64,000 nt of DNA, taken from positions 18,910,755 to 18,974,754 of the forward strand of contig NC_069003.1 in assembly GCF_001194135.2 (NCBI RefSeq), written 5' to 3'. Below, piece after piece: positions 62,701 to 64,000 of this stretch; the first letter of the stretch is position 1; the number at the start of each line of letters is the position of its first letter. Origin of the DNA: Octopus bimaculoides (lineage: Eukaryota). The notes beneath the pieces were generated by a model that worked only from the letters and a program-made list of their open reading frames with translations, ran no database searches and was not told the DNA's origin. Both the position numbers and the translations under genes were made by a program.

Positions 62701-63718
62701 ACTGTTCCCATACACTAGTGCTTGTACTTGGAGCCATTGTTTGGTTTGATGCCCTTTCTGTCAACAACCACTTTACAGAATATAGTGGGTGCTTTTTCTC
62801 AGGGATGAATGAAACAAGACTGAAGGGACCTCACCACCCTATGTTTTCTCTGCCCATCTGCCAACCTCTATGCAGAAGAGGTAGGGTTACTTGGGGGATA
62901 GTAGGGACATTTTACAAAGTTTTCCTGTTTGCTGTTTTAGTTATAGTATTTTTTGTTGTTGTTTTAAGGGTTGGAAAAGTGAGGTTTCGCAGTTCATTTG
63001 TAGATTTGGGATTAAGCCTTTTGTTTTCCTATTTCTGTTGAAATATGCTGCTTTTATTTCAATTAATTTTGAAAATAATGAAGAATTTAGTGAAATATCT
63101 TTGTCATTTATTAAGCTGCTGTTTGGAACATAAATTAACATGGAATTTTGTTTGGAAGGTTTTAATTTAGATCCCTTTAAAGCAGAAAGTTTATATCATA
63201 GAACCTGGGGTAGCCACAGATGGGTTGGTGTCAAAAGGGTTTTTAATCTAATAGAGACTTTTTCTTTTATTTTACAAATTATTTACTTTTTTATATAAAT
63301 TTAAATTTTCTATTTTTTTAGTAATTTTTGAATTACTCTATAATTTATATTTTAATTTCTTTTAAGATTATTTCTTAAATTCATTAATTTATTTTACTTT
63401 TTAAATTTTATTTAAATCTTACAATACAAGCATGACAGGGAAAGGAATTGTTAAATACAGATTTCAATGCTTTTGTGGTTTTATATTTATTTAACTTCTT
63501 TTCTGCCTTTTGCATTTTTTCAGATGTTGATCCAGTCTATCTCCTTTTCTCTAACCAACACGAAGTGCGTCAAATGGATGTTCGTACCAAAATGACAATT
63601 TCTTTATTGTCAGGTTTACACAGCACCATAGCATTAGACTTCCATTATCGTCAGAAGCTTGTCTTTTGGTCCGATGTGATTGATGATGTCATTTATTCCG
63701 GTCACATGGATTCTAATT
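5277..63718 (+). CDS. LRP1: LRP1-like (LDL receptor-related protein 1), partial multi-exon gene: 25 exons, 5'- and 3'-incomplete
   Basis: All 25 exons have AG/GT boundaries with matching phases and sum to 3747 nt (2+3x1248+1) with no stop. Architecture CR-EGF-EGF-propeller-EGF-propeller-EGF-8xCR-EGF-EGF-propeller matches LRP1. Motifs resemble human LRP1 as recalled: HVYHRQRQP vs HIYHQRRQP; [16 protein letters not shown] vs CLPPDKLCDG..DEGELC; [16 protein letters not shown] vs FSNRHEIR..NTIALDFH. Confidence 0.92.
5976..6195. mobile_element. piggyBac-type MITE (family M1), preceded by a partial tandem copy at about 5820-5945
   Basis: TTAA|CCCATT...AAAGTG|TTAA; body shared with 12622-12831, 43620-43780 and 63014-63243. 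Confidence 0.7.
6982..7210. mobile_element. Fold-back of a restriction-like-endonuclease (R4/CRE/NeSL-type) LINE fragment
   Basis: + arm [27 protein letters not shown] and - arm [26 protein letters not shown] (PD..D motif region); arms 6982-7088 and 7104-7210. Confidence 0.6.
7928..8245 (+). mobile_element. SINE family C; second copy at about 9855-10135
   Basis: A box TGGCTTATTGG, core tgtgtccttgagcaagacactttacttcacg, shared 3' part cacttgcacatt..acaagcaggctgttc. Confidence 0.65.
9250..9369 (+). CDS. LRP1: Exon 2: EGF-like 1
   Basis: ttctag|...|gtattt, phase 1/1; [40 protein letters not shown]. Confidence 0.93.
10850..10978 (+). CDS. LRP1: Exon 3: calcium-binding EGF 2
   Basis: ttccag|...|gtaggt, phase 1/1; [43 protein letters not shown]. 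Confidence 0.95.
12622..12831. mobile_element. piggyBac-type MITE (family M1), preceded by a tandem copy at about 12410-12600
   Basis: TTAA|CCCTTT...AAAGGG|TTAA; ends 44 nt before exon 4. Confidence 0.78.
12876..13033 (+). CDS. LRP1: Exon 4: start of beta-propeller 1
   Basis: tttcag|...|gtcagt, phase 1/0; [53 protein letters not shown]. Confidence 0.88.
14665..15082 (-). mobile_element. Two head-to-tail SINE family B copies (tRNA head, Meta-domain-like core)
   Basis: Reverse complement of gagctggcagaatcgttagc..gagttcaaatt..gactttgcctttcatcctttcggggtcgataaaataagtaccag..(ATT)n. Confidence 0.7.
15098..16385 (+). mobile_element. Non-autonomous Helitron-like element (spans N-gap 15430-16166)
   Basis: 5' A|TCTATATATATAAAA followed by (GTCT)n; 3' hairpin ACCCGG-GCAAAG-TCGGGT then CTAG|T; sits at an A|T site inside an (AAT)n run. 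Continuity across the gap is inferred. Confidence 0.72.
16386..20560 (-). mobile_element. Degenerate, 5'-truncated Tx1/L1-clade non-LTR retrotransposon, antisense in intron 4
   Basis: RT ORF 17745-19010 ([33 protein letters not shown]). APE endonuclease pieces: [13 protein letters not shown] from ATG at 19952, DVIAVSET (19660-19962), TDH..YWKLN (19145-19468). C-terminal CLRC..ET..C knuckle (16874-17092). Low-complexity ORF1 tail (about 20000-20540). (TTA)n 3' tail at 16386-16396. Multiple frameshifts and stops. Confidence 0.9.
20738..21210. mobile_element. Palindromic retro-insertion: tRNA-like head plus two inverted hammerhead-bearing tails, 12-bp TSD
   Basis: TSD ACAACCAGCTCT at 20726-20737 and 21211-21222; inverted arms about 20738-20914 and 20995-21179; tRNA-like core 20917-20992 on the - strand. 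Confidence 0.8.
20917..20992 (-). ncRNA. tRNA-Arg(CCT)-derived SINE head (not a functional tRNA)
   Basis: 76 nt; A box TGGTGTAATGG, B box GTTCGATTCC, loop CT-CCT-AA, partial acceptor pairing GGTTGC/GTGACC; T-stem does not pair. Confidence 0.6.
21500..21745. repeat. Compound (TCTG)n/(TCTA)n tetranucleotide satellite
   Basis: Direct reading; source of the spurious SVCL-rich ORFs. Confidence 0.9.
22290..22560 (-). mobile_element. Fragment of a second RTE-clade LINE family (C-terminus)
   Basis: [41 protein letters not shown] on the - strand. Confidence 0.55.
22992..26310 (+). mobile_element. Second copy of the same Helitron-like family, older, with internal inserts and two gaps
   Basis: 5' A|TCTATATATAT, with about 130 bp similar to 15098-15230; shares the segment cacatagtcccc..gatgag (25552-25610 vs 16167-16225); degenerate 3' end GGGCAATGCCGGGTATCTCTGCTAA|T. 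Confidence 0.55.
23820..24151 (+). mobile_element. SINE family A copy
   Basis: gcaggtgtggctgtgtggtaa...ggttcagtcccactgtgtggtgacttggcatgtgtc...gatagaataagtaccagg. Confidence 0.75.
26749..26848 (+). CDS. LRP1: Exon 5: propeller 1
   Basis: tttcag|...|gtatat, phase 0/1; [33 protein letters not shown]; bridges exons 4 and 6 in phase, and QLQC aligns to LRP1 QLKC. Confidence 0.85.
29131..29296 (+). CDS. LRP1: Exon 6: propeller 1 (not in ORF track)
   Basis: ttctag|...|gtaagt, phase 1/2; [56 protein letters not shown]. Confidence 0.92.
29550..30800 (+). mobile_element. Possible Penelope-like element remnant
   Basis: [31 protein letters not shown] recalls the post-RT segment of Penelope-like elements; downstream hammerhead-like motif at 30655-30696. 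Confidence 0.4.
31250..31835 (-). mobile_element. RTE LINE 3' fragment with about 66-bp internal tandem repeats in the 3' UTR
   Basis: ORF 31547-31792: [51 protein letters not shown]; about 3 degenerate units (atgaccatgcttgaatggtg...) at 31255-31460. Confidence 0.8.
32275..32494 (+). CDS. LRP1: Exon 7: propeller 1 YWTD repeats
   Basis: ctacag|...|gtaggt, phase 2/0; FLFYADS...[42 protein letters not shown]. Confidence 0.94.
33100..33838 (+). mobile_element. Internally deleted Tc1/mariner (maT, DD37D) transposon remnant
   Basis: N-terminal [12 protein letters not shown] joined to [31 protein letters not shown]; 37 residues counted between D(33421) and D(33535); internal stop codon. Confidence 0.75.
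34023..35273 (-). mobile_element. Tigger/pogo-family transposase pseudogene
   Basis: ORF 34887-35273 is CENP-B-type HTH-like ([25 protein letters not shown]); ORF 34023-34697 is DDE_1-like ([34 protein letters not shown]); frameshifted. Confidence 0.85.
37639..37825 (+). CDS. LRP1: Exon 8: end of propeller 1
   Basis: cttcag|...|gtaaat, phase 0/1; [18 protein letters not shown]...[18 protein letters not shown]. Confidence 0.93.
38757..38870 (+). CDS. LRP1: Exon 9: EGF-like 3 (4-cysteine variant; not in ORF track)
   Basis: taacag|...|gtaagt, phase 1/1; [38 protein letters not shown]. Confidence 0.88.
39193..39535 (+). mobile_element. Probable 5' part of a CpG-rich Helitron-like element interrupting a SINE; 3' end lost in gap
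   Basis: A|TCTCTATATCTATAAAAC followed by (GT)n, right after the SINE core; high CpG content; runs into N-gap 39536-40000. Confidence 0.4.
40422..40667 (+). CDS. LRP1: Exon 10: start of propeller 2
   Basis: ctctag|...|gtatgt, phase 1/1; [20 protein letters not shown]...[27 protein letters not shown]...NVTH. Confidence 0.93.
40785..41240 (+). mobile_element. Tandem pair of SINE family B
   Basis: Two copies, each with A box TGGCAGAATCGTTAG, B box GTTCAAATT, core gcctttcatcctttc and (ATT)n tail; first copy preceded by (ATT)n. Confidence 0.8.
42830..43001 (+). CDS. LRP1: Exon 11: propeller 2
   Basis: ttttag|...|gtaaca, phase 1/2; [58 protein letters not shown]. Confidence 0.94.
43524..43590. 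repeat. Long (ATT)n microsatellite
   Basis: Direct reading; many further (TA)n, (CA)n, (CT)n and (CAT)n tracts occur, and (TA)n tracts border several N-gaps. Confidence 0.9.
44340..44559 (+). CDS. LRP1: Exon 12: propeller 2
   Basis: ttacag|...|gtttgt, phase 2/0; HIYWTNW...[54 protein letters not shown]. Confidence 0.94.
46252..46453 (+). CDS. LRP1: Exon 13: end of propeller 2
   Basis: cttcag|...|gtaata, phase 0/1; [31 protein letters not shown]...LFSKKLPP. Confidence 0.9.
47658..47777 (+). CDS. LRP1: Exon 14: EGF-like 4 (not in ORF track)
   Basis: ctttag|...|gtaaga, phase 1/1; [40 protein letters not shown]. Confidence 0.95.
   Translation, partial: ATTNAVRTMAVVQICVSPSLVKIMSVLVLLEKNLTTTPV
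48660..49020. repeat. Cryptic trinucleotide (ACC/AAC/ACT) low-complexity tract
   Basis: Direct reading; lies in intron 14. Confidence 0.85.
49109..49264 (+). CDS. LRP1: Exon 15: LDLa CR3
   Basis: tttcag|...|gtaagt, phase 1/1; [52 protein letters not shown]. Confidence 0.95.
49483..49608 (+). CDS. LRP1: Exon 16: LDLa CR4
   Basis: ttttag|...|gtaagt, phase 1/1; [42 protein letters not shown]. Confidence 0.94.
50395..51010 (+). mobile_element. Triple head-to-tail array of SINE family B
   Basis: Three cores caactttgcctttc(a/t)tcctttc at about 50490, 50630 and 50875, separated by (ATT)n. Confidence 0.78.
51111..51230 (+). CDS. LRP1: Exon 17: LDLa CR5
   Basis: ctgcag|...|gtaagt, phase 1/1; [40 protein letters not shown]. 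Confidence 0.95.
51945..52310 (+). mobile_element. SINE family A copy with complete 3' tail
   Basis: B box ggttcagtccc, core, (TA)n/(TG)n linker, tail gtgccccagcatggccatagtc. Confidence 0.72.
52694..52800 (+). CDS. LRP1: Exon 18: LDLa CR6 (last Cys supplied by next exon)
   Basis: ttctag|...|gttggt, phase 1/0; [36 protein letters not shown]; only the donor at 52801 keeps frame with exon 19. Confidence 0.88.
54501..55302 (-). mobile_element. Helitron-like element inserted in a (TA)n tract (gap 54789-55105)
   Basis: On the - strand it starts CTATATATAAAATAGAGATG(TG)n and ends CCCGAGCAACGCCGGGT..CTGCTAG|T (hairpin plus CTAG). Confidence 0.6.
55531..56594 (+). mobile_element. 5'-truncated RTE-clade LINE, 3' portion
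   Basis: [63 protein letters not shown]; 3' UTR ending ccatgccaccatggaaagcagatgttaaac plus (ATG)n tail. Confidence 0.85.
57209..57338 (+). CDS. LRP1: Exon 19: end of CR6 plus LDLa CR7 (not in ORF track)
   Basis: ttccag|...|gtaagc, phase 0/1; [43 protein letters not shown]. Confidence 0.92.
57361..57835 (-). mobile_element. RTE-type 3' UTR/tail copy; representative of about 13 short copies
   Basis: (CAT)n followed by cgtttaacgtccgctttccatgctggcatgggttgg. Related copies at about 1-145(+), 9690-9810(-), 35400-35582(-), 36135-36350(-), 37905-37990(+), 44740-44910(-), 45100-45250(+), 46720-46925(+), 48235-48425(+), 52330-52540(-). Confidence 0.75.
58543..58665 (+). CDS. LRP1: Exon 20: LDLa CR8
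   Basis: ctgcag|...|gtaagt, phase 1/1; [41 protein letters not shown]; final Cys codon is split T|GT across the intron. Confidence 0.92.
58951..59070 (+). CDS. LRP1: Exon 21: LDLa CR9
   Basis: taccag|...|gtaagt, phase 1/1; [40 protein letters not shown]. Confidence 0.95.
59180..59640 (+). mobile_element. Tandem pair of SINE family B
   Basis: Two copies with different tail types (gtgcctatagtagaaag; gtgccaaagtttgaaacc). Single copies also at about 32545-32760(+), 38130-38250(+), 43790-43930(+), 48430-48670(-), 63850-64000(+). Confidence 0.78.
59864..59992 (+). CDS. LRP1: Exon 22: LDLa CR10 (not in ORF track)
   Basis: ttgcag|...|gttagt, phase 1/1; [43 protein letters not shown]. Confidence 0.95.
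61097..61213 (+). CDS. LRP1: Exon 23: EGF-like 5
   Basis: tttcag|...|gtaatt, phase 1/1; [39 protein letters not shown]. Confidence 0.95.
61285..61493. mobile_element. piggyBac-type MITE (family M2) in the 385-bp intron 23
   Basis: TTAA|CTCATTAG...CTAAAGGG|TTAA. Confidence 0.65.
61599..61727 (+). CDS. LRP1: Exon 24: EGF-like 6 (not in ORF track)
   Basis: aactag|...|gtaagt, phase 1/1; [43 protein letters not shown]. Confidence 0.95.
63524..63718 (+). CDS. LRP1: Exon 25: start of propeller 3
   Basis: tttcag|...|gtaagt, phase 1/1; [65 protein letters not shown]. Confidence 0.95.
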
Positions 63719-63877
63719 GTAAGTTGTATATAAACACCTCTCTAACCCTCTCATTACCATATGTCTGCTGAAATATGCTCTTTTTATTTAAATTATTTTG
63801 TAAATTTATCAAGAATTTAGTAAAATGACTTCAACATTATTAAGCTGGTGGAAGGCAGTGAACTGGCAGACTTGTTA

Positions 63878-63979
63878 GCAGGCAAAATGCTTAGCAGGCC
63901 AAATGCTTAGCAGGCAAAATGCTTAGCAGGCCAAATGCTTAGCAGGCCAAATGCTTAGCAGGCCAAATGCTTAGCAGCC
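63878..63979 (+). repeat. 16-bp minisatellite, 6 units of GCAGGC(A/C)AAATGCTTA
   Basis: Units start at 63878, 63894, 63910, 63926, 63942 and 63958, with variant order A,C,A,C,C,C; inside a SINE-B head. Confidence 0.92.
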
Positions 63980-64000
63980 TTTCATCTACCTTCACATTCT

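Noticed and set aside
5277-63718. Identity as vitellogenin receptor/yolkless or LRP2 instead of LRP1
   Set aside because: Domain order alone cannot exclude a VgR-type receptor because cluster I is mostly outside the window, but CR2, EGF1-2, CR10 and propeller-3 sequences track LRP1 closely; the LRP2 cluster layout differs.
63878-63979. CRISPR-like regular repeat
   Set aside because: No unique spacers, 16-bp tandem units, eukaryotic SINE context.

Overview
Eukaryotic, AT-rich, repeat-dense draft-assembly DNA with 9 N-gaps. The repeat families (tRNA-derived SINEs, RTE LINE tails, Helitron-like elements) suggest a coleoid cephalopod, probably Octopus; this is inference. The window holds one protein-coding gene on the + strand: 25 GT-AG exons (5277-63718, 3747 nt, about 1249 codons) that I joined by hand into one uninterrupted frame. 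Domain order is LDLa - EGF,EGF - YWTD propeller - EGF - YWTD propeller - EGF - 8x LDLa - EGF,EGF - start of a third propeller, which is the N-terminal part of LRP1 (CR2 to propeller 3). The gene starts upstream and continues downstream of the window. Introns contain a degenerate antisense Tx1/L1-clade LINE (about 4.2 kb), RTE fragments, maT (DD37D) and Tigger transposase remnants, TTAA- and TA-flanked MITEs, non-autonomous Helitrons and three SINE families. Most notable observations: (i) a TSD-flanked palindromic insertion combining a tRNA-Arg-like head with a Penelope-type hammerhead-ribozyme tail; (ii) a sense-strand intronic hammerhead with an intact catalytic core at 3976-4007 plus several decayed relatives; (iii) a 3' end shared between the Tx1 LINE and a SINE family that lands in (ATT)n tracts; (iv) loss of both partners of one disulfide in LRP1 EGF3; (v) two +4 tandem splice donors that would truncate the receptor. 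No database searches were run. TE family names come from motif recall, and repeat boundaries are approximate unless termini are quoted.
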